Shown: positions 1 to 9,573, numbered from the stretch's first letter. The stretch: 64,000 nucleotides of DNA from Blastocatellia bacterium (GCA_963765495.1 CAVXWP010000009.1:640001-704000); one strand, 5' to 3'. Notes: generated by a model from the letters alone, not told the origin. Numbers and translations are program-made.

Positions 1-1133
1 GACAGGGGTCGGTTGACGCGGCTATCCGCTCGGTCAAAGAAGAAGGCGCTTTCTATTATTTCGAAAAGCCTATAGACATGCGCCGTCTTCAGCTCGTTTT
101 GCGAAAGGCCATCGAATACAGCAGCGCGAGGCGCGAAAACGAATCGCTTCGCCGCCAGCTTCGCCAGTACGGCGCGTTTGGAGAGATGGTAGGCAACAGC
201 GATGCGATGCGCGAGGTATACACCTTGATCGAACAGGTCGCGCCAAGCGCCGTTTCGGTCCTCGTCACGGGCGAATCGGGAACCGGCAAAGAGATGGTCG
301 CGCGTTCGATTCATCAATTGAGCCCCCGCGCAAACAATTCGTTTATAGCAATCAACTGCGCGGCGATGCCTGAAACCCTGATGGAATCCGAATTATTCGG
401 CCACGAAAAAGGCGCGTTTACGGGCGCATCCGACCGTCGCATAGGGTGTTTCGAACTGGCCAATAACGGCACTCTGCTCTTGGACGAAATAGCCGAGATG
501 CCGGTCCTATTGCAGGCAAAACTCCTGCGCGTGCTCGAAGACAAAAAGGTGCGCCGGCTCGGATCGAGCCGAGAGATGGCCGTCGATGTGCGGGTAATCG
601 CGGCGACCAATAAAGACCCCTATAAAGCTGTCCACGATGGATTGATGAGAGAGGACTTGCTGTACCGTCTGAACGTAATTACAATAAAACTGCCCCCGCT
701 GCGCGAACACCGAGAAGATGTCCCGCTGCTCGCCCAGCATATGATTGAAGAATTGAGCCATCGCCACAACCGTTTGGCGCGAGTGATATCGATTGAGGCG
801 ATGGAGGCGCTACTGAATCATCACTGGCCGGGCAATATCCGCGAGCTTCGCAACGTCATAGAGCGCGCGGTGGTCATCTGCGACGGAGAGCAGATTGAAA
901 AGCGTCACCTTTCTCCGCATATAACAGGTCAGACACCCTCACCTAGCACAGACGCCGTGATGATACCCATAGGTATGCCGCTTGAAGAAGTCGAGCGGCG
1001 GATTATATTGAGCACGCTCGCGCGTACAGATAACAACAAAACGCGCACAGCCGAGACGCTGAACATAAGCCTGAAGACGCTACACAACAAACTGAAGGCT
1101 TATCGCAAGGCAGGCGAAGAGCAGCTTGATTGA
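1..1133 (+). CDS. Sigma-54-dependent response regulator (NtrC/AtoC family), 5'-truncated by window edge
   Basis: GESGTGKE Walker [22 protein letters not shown] and C-terminal Fis-type HTH; the receiver-domain end (AFYYFEKP) is upstream of the ORF-track start at 78. Confidence 0.93.
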   Translation, partial: QGSVDAAIRSVKEEGAFYYFEKPIDMRRLQLVLRKAIEYSSARRENESLRRQLRQYGAFGEMVGNSDAMREVYTLIEQVAPSAVSVLVTGESGTGKEMVARSIHQLSPRANNSFIAINCAAMPETLMESELFGHEKGAFTGASDRRIGCFELANNGTLLLDEIAEMPVLLQAKLLRVLEDKKVRRLGSSREMAVDVRVIAATNKDPYKAVHDGLMREDLLYRLNVITIKLPPLREHREDVPLLAQHMIEELSHRHNRLARVISIEAMEALLNHHWPGNIRELRNVIERAVVICDGEQIEKRHLSPHITGQTPSPSTDAVMIPIGMPLEEVERRIILSTLARTDNNKTRTAETLNISLKTLHNKLKAYRKAGEEQLD

Positions 1134-1212
1134 GCAGACAGGTTTTACGAGATAAGGGTCGAACCGTATCTTTCTAAAACTTGCAGATTCTGTTGGGATT
1201 TGTTTGGTATTT

Positions 1213-3153
1213 ATGGCGACCACCGTGAGGGCAGGCGAGCAGATCGCCGAGGAAGAGATACCGCGAGTGAGCAGAAATCGCTCGGGCAAATTGTCCTGGC
1301 CTAGGCCCGGTGTCCGCGCGCGGCAAATCGCGCTCATAACGCTGTTTGTCACGCTGGTGGTGGTGCTCACCACGATAGCCAACACCGCCTACCTGACCGG
1401 TGTGATAATCAACCGCATCAAGGAACAGGCGAGCCAGCTATCGTCTCAGGTCTCCTACGCCGTTCAGCAGGAGCTGGCTCACAACCTCACGCTCGATCAA
1501 CTGGATAATCCCTATCAGGCGCTTGCAAGCGAGCACTCAAGCGTGCGCGGATTGATGGAATCGACTATCGTCACATCGCGCGCCATCACTTATCTTTACC
1601 TGACCGATGTGAGCGGTCATATAATCACCGATGCCGAGGGCAAAAACGAGCTGGCGGCCAACCGCCATATGATCGGAGATGTGCCGTCGGATATGCCCGA
1701 CCTTGGCAAACTGGCAAAAGAGAGCGCCTATGTCCAGCTCTTTCGAGTCTTTCTGGGCGCGCCTATTTACGAGTTCCGCGACCGACTGACGGTCGATGGA
1801 GCCATTGAGAGCAATATTCATATAGGCGTATCGGCTACGGCGATACGAAGCGAATTGTTGTCGCCCATCACAACCAATCTATTCATAGGTGTGCTTGCCA
1901 TACTCGGAGCGGCCATAGTCGCGATCAGTTCAGCCAATCTGTTGCTAAAACCGCTCGAAGCAATCTCGACAAGCATAGATCGTCTGGGGCTTGCCGGTGA
2001 GGCAGATGCGATCAACAAAACGCACATGCCAAACGACGATATGATTACCGGCGTGACCACACGCATCAAACAATTGGGCGAGAGGCTTGCGGGCGAACGC
2101 ACGGAGCTTGAGTTGATGCGCGGCAGACTCAGACAGGTCGTAAGCCACCTCGAAGAACGTCTGCTTTTGATCAACCGTGAGGGACGCGTGATGCTGGCAA
2201 GCCCGGATGCGGGACAGATACTCGGCGTAGACGATCTTGAGATTACGGGTCTGCCCGTTGATGAGAGCCTCGGATTCGATCACCCGCTCGTCGTGCTCGT
2301 AGAGCGCGCATTTGCCGAGCGGAGTTCCATAGCGAGGACTACTCTAAACCTGTCGAGCGGTTCGCGCACGCGCCAGTTGCTCGCCTCAGTGCAATACATC
2401 GAGGACGCGGGCGAGCCTGTAGGGGCGCTTGTCAGTCTGCGCGATTACGAGTCGTTTCAGAAATTCGAATCGCAGTGGGATTTATCAAAGAAGCTGGCCG
2501 ATCTCGGACGCATCACAAGCGGCATAGCCCACGAAGTCAAGAACCCGTTAAACGCGATGGTAATCCATCTTGAGATACTGCGATCAAAACTGGAATCCGG
2601 CAGCGGCGACCCTTCGCCTCAAATCGAGATACTCGACTCCGAGATCAAGCGTCTCGACCGCGTCGTGCAGACGTTCCTCAATTTCACGCGGCCAATCGAG
2701 GTGCATCTGCAACCGCTCGACCTCAACGCCATAGTGAGCCAGGTGCTGGCGCTCGCATCAACAATAGCCGAAGAGCAGGGCGTCACGATAAAACGGGAAC
2801 TCACCTACGGCCAGTTGATCGTTAAAGGCGATGCTGACATGCTCAAACAGGGATTGCTGAATGTGATAATCAACGGCTGTCAGGCAATGCCCGAAGGCGG
2901 GCCGCTTTCGGTCAGCACGTCGCGAGTCTCGGACGGGTCGGCGCGCATAGTCGTAAGCGACCGTGGAATAGGAATCCCCCCCGAAGCCCGCGACCGTCTC
3001 TTCAACCTCTATTACACCACAAAGAAAGGCGGCTCAGGAATAGGGCTTGCCCAGGCATTCCGCGCGATCCAACTGCACAACGGATTGATAAAATTCGAAA
3101 GCAAGGTCGGTGTCGGCACTACATTCGAAATCATCCTGCCCGCCTCCAACTAA
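1213..3153 (+). CDS. Membrane sensor histidine kinase with PAS-like domain
   Basis: Two TM segments, H-box AHEVKNPL, N-box, DRGIG and GSGIGL boxes. Confidence 0.92.
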   Translation: MATTVRAGEQIAEEEIPRVSRNRSGKLSWPRPGVRARQIALITLFVTLVVVLTTIANTAYLTGVIINRIKEQASQLSSQVSYAVQQELAHNLTLDQLDNPYQALASEHSSVRGLMESTIVTSRAITYLYLTDVSGHIITDAEGKNELAANRHMIGDVPSDMPDLGKLAKESAYVQLFRVFLGAPIYEFRDRLTVDGAIESNIHIGVSATAIRSELLSPITTNLFIGVLAILGAAIVAISSANLLLKPLEAISTSIDRLGLAGEADAINKTHMPNDDMITGVTTRIKQLGERLAGERTELELMRGRLRQVVSHLEERLLLINREGRVMLASPDAGQILGVDDLEITGLPVDESLGFDHPLVVLVERAFAERSSIARTTLNLSSGSRTRQLLASVQYIEDAGEPVGALVSLRDYESFQKFESQWDLSKKLADLGRITSGIAHEVKNPLNAMVIHLEILRSKLESGSGDPSPQIEILDSEIKRLDRVVQTFLNFTRPIEVHLQPLDLNAIVSQVLALASTIAEEQGVTIKRELTYGQLIVKGDADMLKQGLLNVIINGCQAMPEGGPLSVSTSRVSDGSARIVVSDRGIGIPPEARDRLFNLYYTTKKGGSGIGLAQAFRAIQLHNGLIKFESKVGVGTTFEIILPASN

Positions 3154-3155
3154 CC

Positions 3156-3183
3156 AGATTTGAGATTTGAGACTTGAGATTTC
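3156..3183. repeat. Short tandem heptamer repeat (AGATTTG)n
   Basis: AGATTTG AGATTTG AGACTTG AGATTTC; the reverse form recurs at 50072-50107 and 53846-53860. Confidence 0.7.
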
Positions 3184-3306
3184 AACTCTTCGGATGTGCA
3201 GAGGTGAAAAGAGTCAAAAAAATTTCAAACGCGGCACACCATTCAGCCGTCTCGATACATCACACATCCGGGTGTGGGGTGAAACAGATGCAATTGCTGG
3301 AGAAAA

Positions 3307-4599
3307 ATGATGTATTCGCAATCCTTCAAACGGGCGGCTGCCGCCACCCTCACCGCGCTTCTTCTGACGGCCAGCCTGGTCGGCGCTCAGGGCACCGGCT
3401 CTCTTCTTAAAATTACCCGGCCTGACACAGTTACTGAACCTGCCAGGAAGCAAAGACAAACATCCACCGCGCAGATGGACCGCGCTGCCGCGTTTCAAAG
3501 AATCAACCCCAACGATGAACAGGCCTTCACGCTCGCGCTCAAACGAGCCGGGCGGCGAACATTGAAAATCAGTCGGACAGACGCGCTCAAACGCGCAAGA
3601 CAGGCCGCATCTGCCGCAACGGTTATAGACGCTGGCACGGGCGGCGGGGACATAAACGAAATCGAGCCAAATGACCAGATTGCTCAAGGTGTGTCGCTGC
3701 CGGTCAACATATTTGGAGAGATAAGCTTTAACGGCGATGTTGACTTTTTCGCCTTTGACGCGCTTGCCGGGCAGCAGATAACCATCGAGCCGTTTGCCGC
3801 GCGTCTGGCAGGCTCTTTACTTGTTCCCGACATCGCGCTCTTTGACACATCGGGCCAGCTTCTGGCCCGAGCAGTGGGCGATGAACTCAACGACCCTCTG
3901 ATTCGATATGTTTCATCGACAAATCAGGTGCTCGTAGTCGGGGTAGCCGACATCGAAGACCTTGGCGGAAGAGCATTCGATTATCTGCTCAATATAACGC
4001 GCGGTCTCGATGTTGACGAGGTCGAATCGAATGACACCCGGGCGCAAAGCCTGCCCGATCTGCCGGTTACGGTCTTTGGCGAAATCGAGAGCGAAGAGGA
4101 TGTTGATTTCTTTAGCTTTATTGCAGCCGCCGGACAAACACTCATTATGGATATCGATTCCGAAGTTTTCGGTTCGCACCTTGATCCCGAAATCAACCTC
4201 ATTGACCCCGAAACAGGCGTCGAGTATTTCTATAACGACCAGTATGACGGCGACGATTCTCGTTTCAATATAGTGTTGCCCTACACGGGCCGCTATGTCA
4301 TAGGCGTGGGGGCATATCGGAGCCGTTCAAACGGCTTTTACCGCCTGAATGCCTCGCTGGTCTCGGGCGAAGATGCGCCCGTCATAACCGGGCTGGAGCG
4401 ATTGTCGTTTAAGAAACTCCTCGTCACTGGCACCGGCTTTACAAATGGAGCCGTGGTCGAGATCAACGGCGTAGTGCGTAAGACAAAGCGCATAAACTCC
4501 GGCACGCTACGTGCAAAGATCAAGATGAAGGTCGGGGATGTCGTAACGGTGATAAACCCGCCTGATGAAAGGCGATCAAATCCTTTAATAGTACAATAG
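3307..4599 (+). CDS. Secreted protein with two PPC-like (pre-peptidase C-terminal) domains and a basic C-terminal IPT-like domain
   Basis: Signal peptide; repeated E-x-E-[PS]-N-D...D-V-D-F-F modules. Confidence 0.8.
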   Translation: MMYSQSFKRAAAATLTALLLTASLVGAQGTGSLLKITRPDTVTEPARKQRQTSTAQMDRAAAFQRINPNDEQAFTLALKRAGRRTLKISRTDALKRARQAASAATVIDAGTGGGDINEIEPNDQIAQGVSLPVNIFGEISFNGDVDFFAFDALAGQQITIEPFAARLAGSLLVPDIALFDTSGQLLARAVGDELNDPLIRYVSSTNQVLVVGVADIEDLGGRAFDYLLNITRGLDVDEVESNDTRAQSLPDLPVTVFGEIESEEDVDFFSFIAAAGQTLIMDIDSEVFGSHLDPEINLIDPETGVEYFYNDQYDGDDSRFNIVLPYTGRYVIGVGAYRSRSNGFYRLNASLVSGEDAPVITGLERLSFKKLLVTGTGFTNGAVVEINGVVRKTKRINSGTLRAKIKMKVGDVVTVINPPDERRSNPLIVQ

Positions 4600-4818
4600 C
4601 AGGAGATTGCCACGGTTTCGAACATAGCTGTTTGAGTAATAACTACATCAGGGCAAGGTAAAAATTCCTGCTCTATTTGGGAGGGTGACTACCCGATATG
4701 GTTTGGACTTTCGCTCCGGCGGCGCCTTCCAAGATCGCAAATGCAGTTTGTGGCTGGTTTTCAAAACAGCGTTATGTATAAAAACAAGTCATAATGAAGC
4801 AAAGAGAGGAGAGGGGAG

Positions 4819-5661
4819 ATGTCAAGAAAGTTTTTAGCAGTGATGCTGGCCTCCGTATTGGGGGCGGCGGGTGTTCTGGCCATGACCGAACATCGGTCCG
4901 CAACCACAACGGCCACTCAGGCAAACGCGCCGGTTCCCATAACCGACACGGCTTATGCAGCAGAATCCGGGGGCTATTCGGAAGCATATCTGGGTGATTT
5001 CAAATCAGGATATGCGGATGGTTTCAATGCAGGTGTAAGCGGCTATAGTTTCCCCGATGATTCTTCAATGACGAGCAATGCGCGCGGATATCTGGACGGA
5101 TACTCGCAAGGATTTACCGACGGGCAGAGCCAGCAGGCGACTCTTCGCAACAGACTGTGCGATCAGGCCAGCGCAGCCGTAATATCGTCTGCGCCTGCCG
5201 TTTACGGCCAGCCGAGCAGATACGCGCGTTCTACGAGAACGGCCACGACCCGAACCCTCGGCGACCGCGCCTACAACAACAATTACAATTACAACCCTGC
5301 GCCGAGAGAAAATCTCGGGATCGGATCAACGGCTCGCAAGGCTCTGCTGATTGCAGGCGGCGCGGGCGCGGGCGCAGGGTTAGGCGGCGCCATCGGCGGT
5401 GGAAAAGGCGCGCTCATCGGGGCGCTCGTAGGCGGCGGAACGGGTACGGTTCTGGCAGTGAAGAAAAAACCGAGCCGCGCTTTTAATCGTCGCGTATCCA
5501 AGAAAAGCCTGCTGACCAAGACGGCGATAGGCGCGGGCGCAGGTGTGCTTGTTGGCGCACTCGCAGGTGGCAAACGAGGCGCGCTTGCCGGAGCGGCGCT
5601 TGGCGGCGGCGGCGGCGCGTTGTGGTCGCTTATGTCCGGCAAGAGATCGTCTCGACGTTAA
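4819..5661 (+). CDS. Secreted/membrane protein with two glycine-zipper segments
   Basis: N-terminal hydrophobic signal; GAGAGAGLGGAIGGGKGALIGA and GAGAGVLVGALAGGKRGALAGA. Confidence 0.8.
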   Translation: MSRKFLAVMLASVLGAAGVLAMTEHRSATTTATQANAPVPITDTAYAAESGGYSEAYLGDFKSGYADGFNAGVSGYSFPDDSSMTSNARGYLDGYSQGFTDGQSQQATLRNRLCDQASAAVISSAPAVYGQPSRYARSTRTATTRTLGDRAYNNNYNYNPAPRENLGIGSTARKALLIAGGAGAGAGLGGAIGGGKGALIGALVGGGTGTVLAVKKKPSRAFNRRVSKKSLLTKTAIGAGAGVLVGALAGGKRGALAGAALGGGGGALWSLMSGKRSSRR

Positions 5662-5692
5662 TAACAGACATCAACCCTGAGAATCATAACGC

Positions 5693-5729
5693 TTAATAGG
5701 GGCAGATCACCCGGGTCTGCTCCTATTAA
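5693..5729. terminator. Hairpin terminator
   Basis: TTAATAGGGGCAGA...TCTGCTCCTATTAA inverted repeat just after the stop codon. Confidence 0.6.
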
Positions 5730-6102
5730 ATAGACTGTTTTAGCCCTGAATCCTCATGCCTGAGTTTGAACAAGCAATATATTAAAGAAAATTTCAGAAA
5801 GGCCCGCAGGCAAATTCTTGACTTGGTCATTCGTCTGTGATTGAATGCCCGGGAAGCTTTGCTGCAATAAACCATATACCAGAAGCCCCTTTGTTGACAG
5901 GTTCATTGTATCCAGACTCGCGACATGGGGACTTGAGCGAAGCATTAAAGCTGCTCTCAGACTGGTTTTGAATCTTCTGAAATCAATCCATCTGGCTTTT
6001 GTAAGATAAAGCGATTGGCCGTTATTTGATCTCTTACGACAGCCGGATTGGGGATAAAATTCAGATCCCCGGCGATCAAGGAAAAGGTAAGAGGAAAATC
6101 CA

Positions 6103-7953
6103 ATGAAACGACTTTGCAGGAAAGTCATCCAGCTGCTTCTACCGATTTTTGCACTCTCTTTGCTGGCACTACCCTCTAAAGCGACATCCGTAGTCATGCT
6201 GTCTGACGACGAGATGGTAGTGACATCGAGGTTCATCCTCACAGGCGAGGTACGCACTGTAACGAGCGCCTGGAACGATGAGCATACGATGATATGGACC
6301 TATGTCGAAATAAAACGCGACCGCCTGCTGAAAGGAAAATTGGGCGCGAAAACCATAGTGCTCAAGCAGCCCGGCGGAACAGTGGGTCAATCGGGGATTC
6401 GCGTCCTGGGCCAGCCCGAGTTTTCACCCGGCCAGCAGGTCTTGCTTTACCTGAATACTTCTCCCGAAGGCTATATCCATGTTGCTCACACCTTCATGGG
6501 CATGTTTTCCATAGTGGAAGACAAAGCGACAGGTAAAAAGATCGTCACTCGCCCGACCGGCAGCAGCGAAGTACAGATTCTATCTCGCAATGATGAACAG
6601 CCTGTGACGGATCGCGCTCCACTAAAAGAGTATCTCAACAAGATCGAAAAGACGCTCAAAGACAAAGCCGCGCGCATCCGAGAAGTCGAAGCCCAGCAGA
6701 GCCTTTATCCTCTAATCACAGAGCCCGATGAGTATTATGTCACCAAAAGAGGTCCGGCTGAGATATTCCCCAATTTCGCATTCATGGGCGACGGGGTGAG
6801 ATGGATGGAGCCGGACTCCGGTCAGCCGGTGGTCTATTATCTAAATCCTGACAGAGCGCCTGTCAGCGGAGGAGGCGCAGCAGAGATCGCTCGCGCTATG
6901 GCTGCATGGGCCGATCAAAGCGGGGCCAACATCCGCCTCGTGGTGAACGGACAGACTTCTAATTGCGGAAACGTGTCCGACGGCGTAAACACCATCTCTT
7001 TCGGAGATTGCCTGAATCAGCTTGACCCGCCGTCAGGCTGCGCCGGAGTAGTCGCCCAGACACAGGTTGCCTGGACTTTTGAATCAAAAACCGTGGGTGG
7101 CCGAACCTTCCAGCGTCTGGTCGAAACCGATCTGGTCTTTAACAAAGGCATGGATTGCTTCCTCGGCATCTCGTCTAATCTGGCCGAAGTGGCCTGTCAC
7201 GAACTCGGGCATTCAATAGGTCTGGCTCATTCGTCCGACAATGCAGCAATCATGAGAGCTTATGCCCATGGTGGAGGACGTGATGCGACACTTGGGGCTG
7301 ACGACATAGCCGGTGTGCTGGCCATATATCCTGCATCTTCGGGTAGCGGAGGAGGGGGCACAGGCGGCGGCGGCACTGGAGGAGGGGGCACTGGAGGAGG
7401 GGGCACTGGCGGCGGCGGAGGTGGTGGCGGCACTGTTACGATTACGAGCAACACCTTGCCCGACGGCGTTGTAGGCCAGTTTTATAACGCACAGTTGACG
7501 GCAAGCGGCGGGACGCCTCCATACAGATGGAGGGTAATCGGCGGCATTCTGCCGCCCGGCTTGCATGTTTCTTCAAACGGAGTGGTTGACGGGTACCCTA
7601 CCACAACCGGGCAGTATTCTGTCTCAGTTGATGTTTACGACAGCACAGGACAGAGCGCCAATTCGGCAGCAAAACGGCTGACCTTAAATGTAGTGAGCGG
7701 TGGCAGCAACTCGCAACCCACCCCCTTTATCACGCGGGTTAAGATAAAGAACTCCAAGAAATTATTCGTATTCGGCGAACATTTCAATGACACCTCTTTG
7801 ATTTTGCTAAACGGAGTTACATTGATCCCGAAATCTTTCAACAGTGAAATAGGCCGCCTTAAATACAAAGGCAGTCTCACTCTCAGGGCCGACGGAGCCA
7901 ATTCCGTGATAGTCATAAACAACGGCAAACAATCGGCTCCTTTCTTTTTCTGA
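6103..7953 (+). CDS. Secreted matrixin/M10-like zinc metalloprotease with Gly-rich linker, Ig-like domain and basic C-terminal domain
   Basis: HELGHSIGLAHS zinc motif plus Met-turn (AIMRA); (GGGGT)n linker; TASGGTPPY Ig-like motif. Confidence 0.88.
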   Translation: MKRLCRKVIQLLLPIFALSLLALPSKATSVVMLSDDEMVVTSRFILTGEVRTVTSAWNDEHTMIWTYVEIKRDRLLKGKLGAKTIVLKQPGGTVGQSGIRVLGQPEFSPGQQVLLYLNTSPEGYIHVAHTFMGMFSIVEDKATGKKIVTRPTGSSEVQILSRNDEQPVTDRAPLKEYLNKIEKTLKDKAARIREVEAQQSLYPLITEPDEYYVTKRGPAEIFPNFAFMGDGVRWMEPDSGQPVVYYLNPDRAPVSGGGAAEIARAMAAWADQSGANIRLVVNGQTSNCGNVSDGVNTISFGDCLNQLDPPSGCAGVVAQTQVAWTFESKTVGGRTFQRLVETDLVFNKGMDCFLGISSNLAEVACHELGHSIGLAHSSDNAAIMRAYAHGGGRDATLGADDIAGVLAIYPASSGSGGGGTGGGGTGGGGTGGGGTGGGGGGGGTVTITSNTLPDGVVGQFYNAQLTASGGTPPYRWRVIGGILPPGLHVSSNGVVDGYPTTTGQYSVSVDVYDSTGQSANSAAKRLTLNVVSGGSNSQPTPFITRVKIKNSKKLFVFGEHFNDTSLILLNGVTLIPKSFNSEIGRLKYKGSLTLRADGANSVIVINNGKQSAPFFF

Positions 7954-8075
7954 GCCGGTCTGAGAGGGGCCAAAACAGCCGTTGCAATCTCAGAACGGGA
8001 CCACAAAATCGCAGGTGGCCCCGTAAAACAAGGTGGAAATTCTTTCCCTTATCTGATAATGTTTCTGGTCTTGAA

Positions 8076-8148
8076 GGGCGCTTAGCTCAGTCGGTAGAGC
8101 ACTGTCTTCACACGGCAGGGGTCACTGGTTCGAGTCCAGTAGCGCCCA
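8076..8148 (+). tRNA. tRNA-Val(CAC), no encoded CCA
   Basis: GGGCGCTTAGCTCAGTCGGTAGAGCA; anticodon arm CTGTC-TTCACAC-GGCAG; T-loop GGTTCGAGTCC; acceptor end AGCGCCCA. Confidence 0.97.
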
Positions 8149-8155
8149 CTTTTAG
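8107..8155 (+). repeat. attL core
   Basis: TTCACACGGCAGGGGTCACTGGTTCGAGTCCAGTAGCGCCCACTTTTAG, identical to 31925-31973. Confidence 0.95.
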
Positions 8156-8169
8156 AATCAATTAATTAC

Positions 8170-8194
8170 AGCCACCTGCGAGGTGGCTTTTCTT
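8170..8194 (+). terminator. Intrinsic terminator after tRNA
   Basis: AGCCACCT-GCG-AGGTGGCT followed by a T-rich tract. Confidence 0.75.
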
Positions 8195-8357
8195 ATTTAG
8201 TCAACCATATAGTCAACCATTGGCCTTCATGTCTTAATTTGGATGGTCTAAGAGAAATACCTGCATTGTTGTGAGATTTCAATTTGTTGGAATTGATCGA
8301 GGGAATTCATCAATTCAACTATGAAGGCAGGTATTAGGCAAGCCAAACCCTTCTAAT

Positions 8358-8621
8358 TTACTGAACCATTGCTGATTCTACAACCTCAAACGATGAATCA
8401 AATATCAGTAGTTGCCCACAGTCGCCGCAATAGGCAAAGTGATGCATGCAAGCATTCACAAACGTAGCGCGCAATTCCCGCGCTCGTTCTTTTGCCTTAG
8501 CTTCGGCCGCACCGATCACCGGGCCGGATGGGTTGAAGACAACGAAGCGACAGCCGCATAAGCAACGCATGCTCCATTCGACAGGCACGCGGCCATCGTA
8601 TGCTGGAATACCTGTAAGCAT
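8358..8621 (-). CDS. Small Cys-rich hypothetical protein (possible Zn ribbon); start uncertain
   Basis: CLCGC and CGDCG motifs; downstream of the HTH gene on the same strand. Confidence 0.45.
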   Translation of the reverse strand: MLTGIPAYDGRVPVEWSMRCLCGCRFVVFNPSGPVIGAAEAKAKERARELRATFVNACMHHFAYCGDCGQLLIFDSSFEVVESAMVQ

Positions 8622-8769
8622 GTTCTAACCTGCCCGCCATCTGCCTCGCGTCGCGCTCGACCCATTGAGGGTTCGGCACGGTCGCAATCTCGGCTCCCTT
8701 TCGAGCCATTGGATGTGTGATGAGTTGAAGGCAGCCGACATCAAGCCTCGATCAAATAGACCAGACATA

Positions 8770-8997
8770 TCAAGTCTTTCTGCTCGTCGCACTTGCATCA
8801 ATCCACATCAAGAGCATGCCCGGTTGTACCTGTAGGGTCTGACATAACCGCTCAAGCGTATCTAATGCGGCCATCTTTGCTGTGCCGTTCCAGATGCGGT
8901 ATATGCTCGCGTAGGGTATGCCTGATCTGTCAGCCAAGTCTTTAGCGTTCCTGATGCCCTTCGCCTCTGCCACTTCCTGAACATTCCATTTCATCAT
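8770..8997 (-). CDS. Xre/Cro-like HTH transcriptional regulator
   Basis: LADRSGIPYASIYRIWNG...LDTLERLCQTLQVQPGML; RBS GGAGG upstream. Confidence 0.88.
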   Translation of the reverse strand: MMKWNVQEVAEAKGIRNAKDLADRSGIPYASIYRIWNGTAKMAALDTLERLCQTLQVQPGMLLMWIDASATSRKT

Positions 8998-9010
8998 AGC
9001 CTCCGCAGTC

Positions 9011-9191
9011 TATCACAACTTGCTTTCAGAGTATCACGAAGTTGAAATAATTACAAGAGAGTGATAAACAGAAGTTATAGCGAATTATCACGATAGAATA
9101 TATTTTATAGGTTTTGACCTTAAAAAAAGAAGGTAAATTTTCATCTTTGTGATATTTTTATCTTGATTGAATTTCACTTTCGTGATAATAT
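9011..9191. promoter_or_regulatory. Divergent control region with palindromic operators and a rightward sigma70-like promoter
   Basis: TWTCAY-N4-KTGAWA at 9032-9047, 9139-9154 and 9172-9187; -35 TTGATT 9163-9168, 17-bp spacer, extended -10 TGaTAATAT ending 9191. Confidence 0.6.
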
Positions 9192-9207
9192 CTCCCTTGT
9201 CAGTTGA

Positions 9208-9220
9208 TGCTCTTTGACAA
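9208..9220 (+). promoter_or_regulatory. boxA-like antitermination element
   Basis: TGCTCTTTGACAA, close to rrn boxA TGCTCTTTAACAA, just downstream of the predicted promoter. Confidence 0.6.
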
Positions 9221-9369
9221 TCTAGCGCGAAGCTCTCAGGCCGGAGTTAAAGGAAGAACCCGGAAGAACGCGACGAGCGCAAAGGCAGGTCAAATATAGT
9301 AACCTGTCTGACAACACCGCAAACACTCACCTTAAACAATTCACCAATTCAAATCAGGAGGCTTTCACA

Positions 9370-9492
9370 ATGAAAGAGCAGCGCACACTTGAGCAAGTCA
9401 AGGCAGGTGACATACCGCAGGTTGAGTTTGAAATGACCGCCGAAGACTTTGACGAATGGTTGCACGAGGATGACCAAGATTATCCGTTCTAA
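9370..9492 (+). CDS. 40-aa acidic peptide ending EDDQDYPF (not in ORF track)
   Basis: RBS CAGGAGG, ATG 9370, TAA 9490-9492; MKEQRTLEQVKAGDIPQVEFEMTAEDFDEWLHEDDQDYPF. Confidence 0.65.
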   Translation: MKEQRTLEQVKAGDIPQVEFEMTAEDFDEWLHEDDQDYPF

Positions 9493-9573
9493 CAGCGAAG
9501 AGGCTAGATGGCTGGAACCCATCTAGCCTCTCGAAACTTCCACCGATTAAACGATGAAAGGATTTACATTCAA

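Noticed and set aside
5754-6257. 167-aa minus-strand ORF
   Set aside because: Overlaps the protease start and its AT-rich upstream region; no RBS or protein-like features
7340-7432. G-rich tandem repeat
   Set aside because: Encodes a (GGGGT)n linker within the protease; not an independent element
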